Source: a virus. From it: 64,000 nucleotides of DNA. Positions 9,998-19,591 of the stretch are shown here, one piece after another. Position numbers and translations under genes: made by a program. The DNA is taken from positions 41,971 through 105,970 of IMG/VR virus record IMGVR_UViG_3300028025_005797; one strand, given 5' to 3'. The notes beneath the pieces were generated by a model. That model was given only the letters and a program-made list of their open reading frames with translations, made no database searches and had not been told where the DNA came from. Numbering within the stretch: the first letter of the stretch is position 1; each line of letters starts with the position of its first letter.

Positions 9998-12082
9998 TTA
10001 TGCTCCTGGTCCTGTCATTATAGAAAAATTAATATTTTTTAAACCAAGAGAAGAAACTAAATTTATTTCAAAAATTAAAGTTCCTCTTTCTGTTTTAGAT
10101 CCATATGATTGGAGTTTATAATCTTTGATAGCCCTTGTTGAAACTAACATATCGAGCATTGATTTAACTTGGGAGATTACTTTATCTTCAGCGTTCTTGC
10201 CTATACCATCATTTGCTATAGCTTTTATTTCAGTTATAACCATAGCTACCAATCTCATTTGTGGAGCTTTTGTAAAGGAGCTGTTTTTATTGGCTAACGT
10301 ATAATCGTTAGATATGTTTACTTCGTATGGATTACCTCTTAGTGCTTTGCGCGTTCTATATACAGTGTTTATACCAAGGTTATCCAACCTTGCTAATGAA
10401 TCTGCAGACAAACTAGAACCATAAACAGAATAAGCTCCTGGTATTCTTTTTCTAATCATTCCATTATAAACTGGAGTTGATGACATCATTCCAGCAAATG
10501 CTGCAGCTGCTGAACTTGTATATGATTTTGCAAAACCTATATGATTGAAAGTTAGTTCTCCATATACAGGAATAACATATCGACCTATATCAGTTTCTAC
10601 TTCTCCACTTATTGAGTAAGTGGTAAATTTATTTACAAGTCTAATATTTTCTTCTAGAAGTTGAACATCGCTATCTTTTGTTCCATTATTTTTAGAACCA
10701 ATGATTCCCATTTGAACATATCCAGTAGCTTCGTTAAATGAGTAGCAATGAAGAGCTAGTTGAGCTATGAAGTCAACAGACCCAGTATTTATCATCGAAG
10801 TTTCGAGTGGCACTATTATGTCAATGAAGTCAAGCCCTTTTGCTATATCGTAACTTACTGCTAGTCTTTCATAATATTTTTCATAAAAGTTTACATTAGA
10901 ATTTGTTTCCGCAGAAAAGAATATTGGCATGTCGGTAAGTCTCTGAGAAATATCTTCGATGTATTCTGACATTGGCGCAGAAGCCATCATAAATATAGAC
11001 TTTGCTCCGCAGCTAAACGCATCGTGGATTCCTCTTAGAAGGGGAGAAGAAGTATTCGCACCCAATAGATTAGTAGCTTCTTGAATTGAATTAATTTTTA
11101 TAATTTGATTTAGTTCAATTCCATCGCTATGACCTATGAATAATATTGAATTGGTATTATAGTATTCTTCCAGTGAATCAAAAATTGGCCTCTTTGAAAT
11201 ACTCGCACCAGTTGTTGGTCCAGTTAAATCTTTAGAAATTCCAGTTGTATTGATAACGGAATATTTTCCTATTGTAAGTTGTTCTGCATTAGATAAAGTA
11301 ATATTTGTTTTAATAGAAAATTTATTATTTGCTGGTACTGAAGAGATAAAATGATTTCCGTTAAAGGCTGCACTTATTTCTGATATTGAAATTTGATCAC
11401 CAGATGAAAGATTGTGATCAATGTCAGTTGATAGAGTTATCACTCCATTCTCTATTTTTTTATATACTATATTTCCGACTCTACCAATTTGACTTCTAGA
11501 GACTTCAAAGTTATGTTCAATTACTTGAGTTCTATCATTGTATGCGCATTGAATCGAGACAGTATAAGTTCCACCAAAAAGTGTATCTGGAATTTTATAA
11601 TAAAAACCGTACTCAGAGTCTGATGGTCTATTGTAATAAGAATTTGTTTTAAGAGCTAATCTTGCATATACTTTTGCAGCGTTATAGCTTGATAAACTTG
11701 GTAAAGTAGTAGCAGCCGTTCTTGCTATTACTGATTTTGTAGTTGGTGCAGATGTAATTATATATTCCGTGTTATAGCCACCGCCAACACCATAGATTAT
11801 TACAGTATCTCCGGCAACTAACTGATGGTCTACATCAAATGTAAATGTTGCCGAAATGTGACCACTCACTATTGAAGTTGGTGGTGTTATCGATATGATT
11901 CGATAACTTGTATTGATCAATGAAGTAGATGAATGAATTATTTCTCCAGTGCCACCATTACCTCTTGATACAGTTGCATATATATCTACTGGAATAGTCT
12001 GGTCTAAAGGATCGTAAAATTCACCATTCACTAAGAATGCAAATCTAAACTTTACTAACTGACCGTTGTGTACTCTTAACAT
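9998..12082 (-). CDS. Second, divergent sheath-domain protein with N-terminal beta-rich extension
   Basis: C-terminal LDNLGINTV...QMRLVAMVI...LIFEINL matches the sheath C-terminal pattern; N-terminus has two HxLxxGDx(V/I)xI repeats. Confidence 0.65.
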   Translation of the reverse strand: MLRVHNGQLVKFRFAFLVNGEFYDPLDQTIPVDIYATVSRGNGGTGEIIHSSTSLINTSYRIISITPPTSIVSGHISATFTFDVDHQLVAGDTVIIYGVGGGYNTEYIITSAPTTKSVIARTAATTLPSLSSYNAAKVYARLALKTNSYYNRPSDSEYGFYYKIPDTLFGGTYTVSIQCAYNDRTQVIEHNFEVSRSQIGRVGNIVYKKIENGVITLSTDIDHNLSSGDQISISEISAAFNGNHFISSVPANNKFSIKTNITLSNAEQLTIGKYSVINTTGISKDLTGPTTGASISKRPIFDSLEEYYNTNSILFIGHSDGIELNQIIKINSIQEATNLLGANTSSPLLRGIHDAFSCGAKSIFMMASAPMSEYIEDISQRLTDMPIFFSAETNSNVNFYEKYYERLAVSYDIAKGLDFIDIIVPLETSMINTGSVDFIAQLALHCYSFNEATGYVQMGIIGSKNNGTKDSDVQLLEENIRLVNKFTTYSISGEVETDIGRYVIPVYGELTFNHIGFAKSYTSSAAAAFAGMMSSTPVYNGMIRKRIPGAYSVYGSSLSADSLARLDNLGINTVYRTRKALRGNPYEVNISNDYTLANKNSSFTKAPQMRLVAMVITEIKAIANDGIGKNAEDKVISQVKSMLDMLVSTRAIKDYKLQSYGSKTERGTLIFEINLVSSLGLKNINFSIMTGPGA

Positions 12083-12455
12083 TTAATTTTTACTTTCTCT
12101 AGTCGCACCTGCAACCCAGTAAACTATCTTTCCACCCCTACCTCTTACCGGAGCAGAAAAATCTACTAAAAAAATTTGCTGACCACTTGGATAGTCTTCA
12201 TATATTCTATCACCAGATTTAATATTTGCTGTATCTTGAAAATAATATATTACCTCAGAACTAACTGTTAATCCTTGTGTGTTTTCTTCTAGTATATTAG
12301 CAAATCCGTTGAGCCCCAGGATACACAGCTCTTACAGTATACCTTTGCATCTTTTGGCTATAAATCATAGTCTTCTGATCTAGCACTTTTTGAACCAATA
12401 CATTGTGACCCCAACTACGCAGTATGTTACTCAGTGTGCGTTTTGGATCAATCAT
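12083..12455 (-). CDS. Probable head-closure protein (123 aa with +1 shift at CGG 12308-12306); absent from the ORF track
   Basis: MIDPKRTLSNILRSWGHNVLVQK...YPGAQ-G-FANILEE...IKSGDRIYED...RGRGGKIVYW; fills the gap between its neighbours exactly. Confidence 0.7.
12305..12308 (-). other. +1 recoding site CGGA (codon 50, head closure)
   Basis: CAA CGG ATT TGC TAA vs CAA [C]GGA TTT GCT. Confidence 0.8.
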
Positions 12456-13338
12456 ACTTCCTTATTCCTCTTTCTGGAATTGGATTTTCATCTGGGGATT
12501 GAATATGCGTTGGTCCATACAGATCTCTTGGAGTATAATAAACTGACAATCCAGTATATGGATCCATCGTTCTTCCAGCTCCAATTGTTGGAAGTGTTGG
12601 CAAACCCTTTGGTTGAACTGCCTTCATTCCAACTTTTGATGTTAGCATTTCTTTTCTGAGCATAGCCGCAATCTGACACCAGGTGGTGGCATTTGCTCTA
12701 CTTAGAGTATTTCTAGGTAGGTTTTTATTAGTTATGGAAAGATCGCCAAGTCTTACAGAAAGCTCATCATCTCCTCCATTTCCATAAACTCTTGTCAACT
12801 CACAACAAGTAGCTGCTCTTATGTATTCAAATGCCGTGAAAGGGATATTTGTTCCATCTTCAGTCTCTAATAATTTAAATATATTTTTTATCTCTATAGA
12901 ATAATTATGTATGAACTCACCTATTTCCAGAAGGGAAGCATCAGGGAAATAAGGCAGTAGCTGCTCCGGATCAAGATATAATGGCTCTATATCGGCTGCA
13001 AAGGCTATTATTTCATCTTCTCTCAGAAATACAGTTGGTCTATAATCTTCGGTTGGCGTACTTACGTATATTTGCTGATTAACGCTAATCGTAGTATCAT
13101 TTTCTAAAATTCCGATAAATGAAACTTTGTATGTACCGGCTAATGCAGGTGTATAATCATAGTAATATTCTGAACCACTCAAAGAAGTTGGCGTAGCTGA
13201 TATTATTATCGCATTTCCTGAGTCTGTTATACTCATGGAAACCGATACAGGATCAACCTCTACTTGATTACCGCTAATATCTACGTCAATAAATTTAACC
13301 TTTAGACGTACAGTATCATTGACTAGTATATTTGCCAT
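12448..13338 (-). CDS. Probable head-tail adaptor/neck protein with N-terminal Ig-like domain
   Basis: Position; GEYYYDYTP..AGTYKV beta pattern; SVRLGDLSI motif typical of adaptors. Confidence 0.5.
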   Translation of the reverse strand: MANILVNDTVRLKVKFIDVDISGNQVEVDPVSVSMSITDSGNAIIISATPTSLSGSEYYYDYTPALAGTYKVSFIGILENDTTISVNQQIYVSTPTEDYRPTVFLREDEIIAFAADIEPLYLDPEQLLPYFPDASLLEIGEFIHNYSIEIKNIFKLLETEDGTNIPFTAFEYIRAATCCELTRVYGNGGDDELSVRLGDLSITNKNLPRNTLSRANATTWCQIAAMLRKEMLTSKVGMKAVQPKGLPTLPTIGAGRTMDPYTGLSVYYTPRDLYGPTHIQSPDENPIPERGIRKYD

Positions 13339-13397
13339 TTTTCCTTCTTTAAAGAGTAGATACTTATATAGTAGTACTTTAAATTCTCTTGGTGAGC

Positions 13398-13694
13398 TTA
13401 TTCACCCTGATGCTCAACACTGACAAGCGTTCCAGAGTGTATAGTTATTCCCTTTGCCTGAATAAGCGCAGCGCCTTCTCTTCCTAGAGTTTCTATTGTA
13501 ATTATTCCAGTTGGATCTAAATCTATGCTTATAACACCTATTGCGGTAGCTACTGAATAGTCTTCATTTCCACCAAAGTTAATCTTAATATTATTCAAAA
13601 TAACAGGATTAGATATACCATCTATTATCAGTATAATAGTTCCATTATAGTCAATACCAGATTGATTATAGTTAATGGTATCGTTATACAACAT
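13398..13694 (-). CDS. Hypothetical virion-associated protein
   Basis: 98-aa ORF with SD-like site and upstream TTACTATAT box. Confidence 0.5.
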   Translation of the reverse strand: MLYNDTINYNQSGIDYNGTIILIIDGISNPVILNNIKINFGGNEDYSVATAIGVISIDLDPTGIITIETLGREGAALIQAKGITIHSGTLVSVEHQGE

Positions 13695-13720
13695 GAGAAT
13701 CCTTTTAAGTTATTTTAACC

Positions 13721-13729
13721 ATATAGTAA
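13721..13729 (-). promoter_or_regulatory. Putative late-promoter box TTACTATAT
   Basis: Recurrent intergenic motif. Confidence 0.6.
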
Positions 13730-13750
13730 CAGTATAAAGTTAAATTATTA

Positions 13751-14548
13751 TTAGAATTGTAAACCAGCGTCTTTTCTTAGGTTTGGCATCCAGATCCTAG
13801 AGTCTCCATCCACTGGAATTGGGCTTCCATTTTCTGGAGTACCATAAGAAATTGCAGATAGATATGCAATTCTCTTACCCTTTGTAACTGGGTACACTTC
13901 ATGAGTTCCTACATAATTTGTAGGATATATGGCTATAGTTCCAGCTTTGGGTACGTGTGTATATTTTGCGTGTTTAAAGAATATATTACCGCCAATGAAA
14001 TTTGTTCCATCTAGCTCTTCTTCTGATTCAACGCCATCGTTAAGATATATATTTATACTTACATTACCATGTTTTGGATATTCGTTATTTGGAGGTTTAC
14101 CATATTCATACGGTATTTGATCATCGCAATGTTGACCTATGCCTTGGCCATTTGCATATGTAGCTATATGACCTGCAGATCTCCACCAGCAGACTGTAGA
14201 TGCTTCTGTGTATATTTTACAGTATTCAACTAATGACTTGTATGCTAAATCTTCTAAATCATGAATTAGCTGCTGTTGTTCTTCTGTTGGTTTTCTGTCT
14301 GAAAGTTTACATAATGGATCTACGAATCTTTCTGGAGCCATAGATATCGAATCTACATCAAACTTAAAACCAGTTTTATTTAAAGCGTAGCGCTTTCCAC
14401 CTTCTTCTATATAAGTAAAAGTATCTTCCTCTTGTTGTTTGAGCCAAGCTATGTAATTATGTAAAAATTCCTGATCAATATCAAAAGCGTCTTCTATTAT
14501 ACACAGGCCAGCTCCTATGTCTTTTGCTTTAAAATCTTTTATAATCAT
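13751..14548 (-). CDS. 2OG-Fe(II) dioxygenase, prolyl-4-hydroxylase-like
   Basis: HCD...IYLND...GGNIFF...HEVYPVTKGKR facial triad and 2OG-binding Arg. Confidence 0.85.
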   Translation of the reverse strand: MIIKDFKAKDIGAGLCIIEDAFDIDQEFLHNYIAWLKQQEEDTFTYIEEGGKRYALNKTGFKFDVDSISMAPERFVDPLCKLSDRKPTEEQQQLIHDLEDLAYKSLVEYCKIYTEASTVCWWRSAGHIATYANGQGIGQHCDDQIPYEYGKPPNNEYPKHGNVSINIYLNDGVESEEELDGTNFIGGNIFFKHAKYTHVPKAGTIAIYPTNYVGTHEVYPVTKGKRIAYLSAISYGTPENGSPIPVDGDSRIWMPNLRKDAGLQF

Positions 14549-14549
14549 A

Positions 14550-15431
14550 TTAGTAATTTGATCTTGTTATATTAAATTGATCAGAAGATTGGTTATAGCC
14601 GTTATCTAAAAGATATTTTCTATAGTCCGAAGTTAGGGTGGGCATATATAGGTTAGTTGCCGTTTTTGCTAATTCTATTTCTTTATTTGGATCAACAACA
14701 GATTCATTAACTTCTTTATTTGGGGTTCCGTGACTATACCAACCAAGATAAGAGTATCTCTCCCCTTCTCCAACTGGTTTAACTTCATGAGCTGCCATAA
14801 AATTTGATGGAAAAAATAATAAATCACCTTTTTTAGGTTTCACATCTATATCTAGATAATTGAAATAATGATGACCGCCAGTAAAATTTGTTCCATCTAA
14901 TTCTTCTTCTGCATCGACAGATGACGTAAGATAGAAAACATTACTAATAACATTTCTAGTTGCCAGCTGATCTTTTGGAGTCCAAATATCATAAATGTAA
15001 TCAGCACTTACATCAGAATGACTACCTAAATAAACGCCTTTTTTATACTGGACTATATGACCCTTAACCTTCCACCAAACACATTTATAAGCGAGAGGGA
15101 AAAGTTCAAAATACTTAAACAAGTATTGATCTTTTGATTCTTCAACAAAATCAAATATCTTTTTTATTTTTTCATCACCATACCTATGTATGGCAGAACC
15201 CCTGCCTGGCATGCTGTCGACGCTTTCCTTTTGAAAAAAATATCCACTTTTATTTAGATAGATTTCATCACCAGTTTCCGGATCGACTGTTGGCGTGTAC
15301 ATATCTTCTTTTTCTTTATTAATTGCATCTCTACTAAATTCTCTAACATAATCCCAATCTAGATCTATGGCTGATTCAAAAAGAACAACTCCGCCACCAA
15401 GGTGTTTCGCTTTAACATTGTTATTTATCAT
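14550..15431 (-). CDS. 2OG-Fe(II) dioxygenase, prolyl-4-hydroxylase-like (start revised to 15431)
   Basis: HSD...HEVKPVGEGERYS; paralog of both neighbours. Confidence 0.85.
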   Translation of the reverse strand: MINNNVKAKHLGGGVVLFESAIDLDWDYVREFSRDAINKEKEDMYTPTVDPETGDEIYLNKSGYFFQKESVDSMPGRGSAIHRYGDEKIKKIFDFVEESKDQYLFKYFELFPLAYKCVWWKVKGHIVQYKKGVYLGSHSDVSADYIYDIWTPKDQLATRNVISNVFYLTSSVDAEEELDGTNFTGGHHYFNYLDIDVKPKKGDLLFFPSNFMAAHEVKPVGEGERYSYLGWYSHGTPNKEVNESVVDPNKEIELAKTATNLYMPTLTSDYRKYLLDNGYNQSSDQFNITRSNY

Positions 15432-15438
15432 ATGATAT

Positions 15439-16578
15439 CTACACCTTTTGTGGAGTAGTTCCACATGGTCCTTCTGGTAAATCTTCATTTGCTGATACTT
15501 CTTCTTGATTTGATTCAACTAACCTATCTTGAGAAGAGTCTAGTTCTACTGCCTCGTGACTCTGATTATACTGAGCAACGTTTCTACCCTGATAAATTGG
15601 ATTCCAACCTGGCTCTACACCAAGTTTTGTCGAATTAGCATCGTCATATCTAGAATGTGGAGACTTGCAATACATCTCATAATCGTCATATATATTATTT
15701 AACCAAACAGGTGGACACCACTCAAAGCTTGCTTCTGGTTCAGCTATTCTAATATTTGCCGGAACATCGTCTGCGCCTTGTCCAAAGAATGTAAGATAGC
15801 TATATCTTACCCCCTTACCCATTCTTTCCACATTGTGAGAGGCTACATAATTTGTAGGAAAGAATATTATATCGCCCCTTTTTGGTTTGTACTTTATACC
15901 CAAGTGCACAAATTGGAGTGCTCCGCCAGTAAAGTTTCTTCCGTTTAACTCTTCTTCTGTTTCTACGCAGTCATTTAGATATATCAAAGCACCACATGTT
16001 TGACGCGATGCAACCATACCTCTTGGCATGTATCTGATTCCATTGGTTACTTTATAATTTGTATCGTTATCGGCATGCGTTCCGAGAATTCCATTATCGC
16101 CATATCTAAGTATGTGACCCCTAGTTTTCCACCATATACTTCCAAGCATTAATGGGTAATAGTCGATATATTTTAAAAGACTTTTATATATTTGCTCTTC
16201 AAGGTAAATGAAAAATTCTTTAACTTCTTCTGGAGTGCTAGGATTTACTGGTTGAAGCAGTCTGACTGGAGTTCCTGGTATCTCTTCTAGTTTATACCTA
16301 AATCCATCTTCATTAATTCCATATTCTATACCATCTTCTCCTGTTATATAATTCCATCTAGTCTTGTGTGCTTCTGCCGCATTTTGATCTATATAATCAA
16401 GAACTAACGATTGATCCATATTAAATGCGTTTCTGAAAACAACAATACCAGCACCTAATTCTTCTGATTCTATTGCACCAATCTCATCAATTATTTGCTT
16501 GTCAATAACTGGAGATACGGGAAATGGTTCAGTGCTTAAGTTTTGTGATTGATTATTAATTTCATCTAAATATGACAT
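15439..16578 (-). CDS. 2OG-Fe(II) dioxygenase, prolyl-4-hydroxylase-like
   Basis: HAD...IYLND...GGALQF...HNVERMGKGVRYS. Confidence 0.85.
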   Translation of the reverse strand: MSYLDEINNQSQNLSTEPFPVSPVIDKQIIDEIGAIESEELGAGIVVFRNAFNMDQSLVLDYIDQNAAEAHKTRWNYITGEDGIEYGINEDGFRYKLEEIPGTPVRLLQPVNPSTPEEVKEFFIYLEEQIYKSLLKYIDYYPLMLGSIWWKTRGHILRYGDNGILGTHADNDTNYKVTNGIRYMPRGMVASRQTCGALIYLNDCVETEEELNGRNFTGGALQFVHLGIKYKPKRGDIIFFPTNYVASHNVERMGKGVRYSYLTFFGQGADDVPANIRIAEPEASFEWCPPVWLNNIYDDYEMYCKSPHSRYDDANSTKLGVEPGWNPIYQGRNVAQYNQSHEAVELDSSQDRLVESNQEEVSANEDLPEGPCGTTPQKV

Positions 16579-16585
16579 AAGACTC

Positions 16586-17215
16586 CTATCCTAATAATTC
16601 ATCTATAGCTTCAGTTATTGTCCATCCTGCGCCCATAATTCTAGGTTCCTCATCTAATGGACCATCCTGCCAGTTGAATCTACTTACCATAATACCTTCT
16701 CTGCTTAATAAAAACTTTTCGTAGTTGTGAGGTATTCTAGCTATAGCTTGTCCTGCAAGGTTTTGCCCTGCAGTTGCGGCATCAGTTCCATCTGCTGTAG
16801 TATCTGAGTATGCTCTTTTTTGAGTTCCCTTAAGGAAATCATATAGCTCATGTTCATTCTTGCCATTAACTTCTATTTTTTCAGTAATTGGAAAAGTTAC
16901 AAAAGGATAAGCTTCTTTTATAAATTGTTGAATTTCAAGATTTTCTTTTGGTTCCATTTTTCCAAATTGATTACAAGGTATTCCGACTACGGAAAAACCT
17001 CTATCTTTAAACATGTCGTGAACTTGTTGAAGTTCCCACAAATATTTACATGTTCTAGCGTACGACCACGTAACGCTACATTGGGGGGTGTAGCCAAGCT
17101 TTGATGAGATATTGGCAATCAAAGAAACTTTACCCTTTAATGAGGACATAACATCGTACTTACTGTCGATTGAAAAAAGTGGGATGTCATAAGCCAGATT
17201 ATTCATATTTGACAC
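16586..17215 (-). CDS. Glutathione peroxidase-family protein with atypical active site
   Basis: LKGKVSLIANISSK, GFSVVGIPCNQFG, KIEVNG, NYEKFL signatures. Confidence 0.85.
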   Translation of the reverse strand: MSNMNNLAYDIPLFSIDSKYDVMSSLKGKVSLIANISSKLGYTPQCSVTWSYARTCKYLWELQQVHDMFKDRGFSVVGIPCNQFGKMEPKENLEIQQFIKEAYPFVTFPITEKIEVNGKNEHELYDFLKGTQKRAYSDTTADGTDAATAGQNLAGQAIARIPHNYEKFLLSREGIMVSRFNWQDGPLDEEPRIMGAGWTITEAIDELLG

Positions 17216-17504
17216 ACTCTACTGACATAGTTGAAAATTCTCCAATGGTTAGAACAGCATTAAACTTTTTTTCTTTGGAGTAGTCTTCTGTAAGAAACTC
17301 CAAGTTAACCTTAGCTCTCATCGGAGTGTCTACTAAGGTAGAAAAAATTAATCGTTCTTTCGGACCTGTTCGAGTAAAGTTTACGCTACCTTTTTGATTC
17401 ACAACCTGTGCCTGCAATACATCATCAATAGTTTCTATGGTCATATCATATGATTCTTGACCCAGTGGATTAAAAACAGTGGCTTTCCATTTACTTTTCA
17501 TCAT
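17199..17504 (-). CDS. Hypothetical protein
   Basis: ~100-aa ORF preceded by TGGTATAAT. Confidence 0.6.
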   Translation of the reverse strand: MMKSKWKATVFNPLGQESYDMTIETIDDVLQAQVVNQKGSVNFTRTGPKERLIFSTLVDTPMRAKVNLEFLTEDYSKEKKFNAVLTIGEFSTMSVECVKYE

Positions 17505-17530
17505 TTAATTATACCATAAAATTTACTTGA

Positions 17531-18208
17531 CTATTCATAAAAAAATTGACCAGTTTCTAAAGCTGTTGGAGGACTATCTTTATGCCAAACATTTACAACC
17601 ATAACCCTTCTAACTCCAGTTACAGGAGCGGTTGTATTATGTATTATGTGACCTGCATCGAATATTATTAACCTATTGGGATTACAGGCTATTCTTTCTC
17701 TTAACTCAATTGGAACTATTAATGGATCTATATTTTCCATTTCTAAAGCTTCTTCTGTATTTTCAGAAACTGCAGTTGGATGCAGTTCTAAGAATCCACC
17801 TACAACATCATTTGTATGAGGGTAATACACGCACCCTATCGCTGGTCCTCTAAATATTTTTTTATCTGCGTAAAGGAAAGTATCTTCATCTACGTGTGTT
17901 CCTAAATATTGTCCAGGATTGAATGTCCTTGTCCAGTACTCAAAACCGCAAACCTCTTCCGTTGAAAAAGGTAAATTATTTTCCCATATTTGTTTTACTA
18001 CTTTTTTCCTTGGGGTATCTACTGGTGATTTCCACCAACCATCCCAAAACATGTACGGTGCAAAGCAGTCTGATTTTTCGTCATGGTAACTATTTAACTC
18101 GATTGCTATTCTATCTTCATTTCCCATAGACGGTGGAAAAAAATCTTTTGTTTCTTCAATTTCTCTTAAAAGAGCTTTATCTTTAATAAAATCATCTAAT
18201 ATAATCAT
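17531..18208 (-). CDS. 2OG-Fe(II) dioxygenase
   Basis: EYWTR...HVDED...GGFL...PNRLIIFD...HNT...RRVMVVNVW. Confidence 0.8.
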   Translation of the reverse strand: MIILDDFIKDKALLREIEETKDFFPPSMGNEDRIAIELNSYHDEKSDCFAPYMFWDGWWKSPVDTPRKKVVKQIWENNLPFSTEEVCGFEYWTRTFNPGQYLGTHVDEDTFLYADKKIFRGPAIGCVYYPHTNDVVGGFLELHPTAVSENTEEALEMENIDPLIVPIELRERIACNPNRLIIFDAGHIIHNTTAPVTGVRRVMVVNVWHKDSPPTALETGQFFYE

Positions 18209-18220
18209 AAGTATATAGTA

Positions 18221-18919
18221 CTACAATTTTACTGCGTATGTAACAGCTGCTCCTGTTGGGTTATGGTAAACGGCTGAATTGTCAATATTTTTTAGGACTT
18301 GATGAACCTGATAAATTTCAGTAAATATAGATTCATCTTGATACAGCGAATCCATCCCTGTGTAAAGCATCATGAGAGTTCCGTTTTTGTTTAATCTATT
18401 AAAAAAATTAACAGCAATATTAGGATTGTGAATTACATCATGGAGACTCATACATATGAAATCATAAGTTGGACCTTGATTTGCTTCAATCTCCTGCATT
18501 GTTACGGTGTCGTAATTCCATCCATCTGTTTTTATAAATTGCTCAAATAAATCTAACTGATAGTTATTCAACATTGTTAACTTAGACCTTTTATGCATTA
18601 AGTTCGCCAAGCCAGTGTTAAATGCTGGAAGAGTCATTAGAGTTGTTTCTGGTTTTGCTGTAAGAAAACCAAACTCATGAGTATTGGCCGCATAATAATA
18701 TGCTGGGTTTACGTTCCAAAAATGAGTATCCTCACTAAATACATCAAAATACCATATTAGAAAATCCATTCCAACAGCTATTTTTCTTTTATCTAATGAT
18801 AAAGTTTTAAGATAATTATTTATTTTTTTACTCTTAGATATTGAATCTTCAACTGATTCTATATCTACATATTTAATTAACTTAATTAAATTTTCAAAAT
18901 AATTCATTTCATAGTTCAC
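18221..18919 (-). CDS. Hypothetical protein, possible degenerate class I SAM-methyltransferase fold
   Basis: YDFICM...FFNRLNKNGTLM resembles the C-terminal MTase motifs; no clear GxGxG. Confidence 0.35.
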   Translation of the reverse strand: MNYEMNYFENLIKLIKYVDIESVEDSISKSKKINNYLKTLSLDKRKIAVGMDFLIWYFDVFSEDTHFWNVNPAYYYAANTHEFGFLTAKPETTLMTLPAFNTGLANLMHKRSKLTMLNNYQLDLFEQFIKTDGWNYDTVTMQEIEANQGPTYDFICMSLHDVIHNPNIAVNFFNRLNKNGTLMMLYTGMDSLYQDESIFTEIYQVHQVLKNIDNSAVYHNPTGAAVTYAVKL

Positions 18920-19202
18920 GACTAATTGCTCCTAAAGCCAGTTGACGCATAAACCAAAGTCGTCTAATATTTCCTATTAATGAAATTCTTTGATTTTTTA
19001 AAAACAAAAAGACTTCATTTTTTCGACCATCTAATTCATTAGATTCGATTTCTTTTATTGGAATATCTGTTACTCCTCTAGCTGAGTCTATTAACTCATC
19101 TATCGAATATGAATCATACTCATCAATGTTTAATCCAACAAAACAAACATAGAAAGCTAATTGTTCGTTTATATAATCTAAGTCTTTTTGTGCGTTATAC
19201 AT
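18909..19202 (-). CDS. Hypothetical protein
   Basis: Tightly packed ORF in operon. Confidence 0.55.
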   Translation of the reverse strand: MYNAQKDLDYINEQLAFYVCFVGLNIDEYDSYSIDELIDSARGVTDIPIKEIESNELDGRKNEVFLFLKNQRISLIGNIRRLWFMRQLALGAISREL

Positions 19203-19409
19203 TTATATTAAATCTTCTATAGTTGGAGAAAGCGGGAGTATTATATATTTATTTTTATCTGCAAATTCTTTAGTAAGAACATATTCACGAGTAGTGCCTC
19301 CATTGGGCATTATTATGTTACCGTCTTCTTCTGAGTAAGTGGGGACTGAGTCGTCTAGAGCTTCAGTAAACTCATGTATTGGCTCTTCGCTAACTGGCTT
19401 GTTGTTCAT
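19203..19409 (-). CDS. Hypothetical protein
   Basis: Tightly packed ORF in operon. Confidence 0.5.
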   Translation of the reverse strand: MNNKPVSEEPIHEFTEALDDSVPTYSEEDGNIIMPNGGTTREYVLTKEFADKNKYIILPLSPTIEDLI

Positions 19410-19590
19410 TTTTGATTAAACTTCTCAATATATTTTCTTGAATTTGTTTTGCCTTAAAAGCTTGTTTAGAGATAATCGATTCTTGTGTTTCTTGTTCGTT
19501 AAGAAGATAAGAAAGTTTTTCAACAGAATTAGACAATGAGCTAATAGCCCTACTTCTTATTTTGCTTTTTTGTTCCTGTGTAAAATTCAT
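19390..19590 (-). CDS. Hypothetical protein
   Basis: Tightly packed ORF in operon. Confidence 0.5.
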   Translation of the reverse strand: MNFTQEQKSKIRSRAISSLSNSVEKLSYLLNEQETQESIISKQAFKAKQIQENILRSLIKNEQQAS

Positions 19591-19591
19591 A

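Noticed and set aside
3700-12320. Frameshifts at ~3710, ~4511 and ~12314 as homopolymer sequencing errors
   Set aside because: Each has a nearby A or G run, but each also has an in-frame CGGA. Most of the other 12 sites have no homopolymer, all shifts are +1, and all are near 5' ends. An artefact is disfavoured but cannot be fully excluded without reads.
17078-17115. Selenocysteine in the GPx-like gene
   Set aside because: The codon at the catalytic position is CTT (Leu), not TGA.
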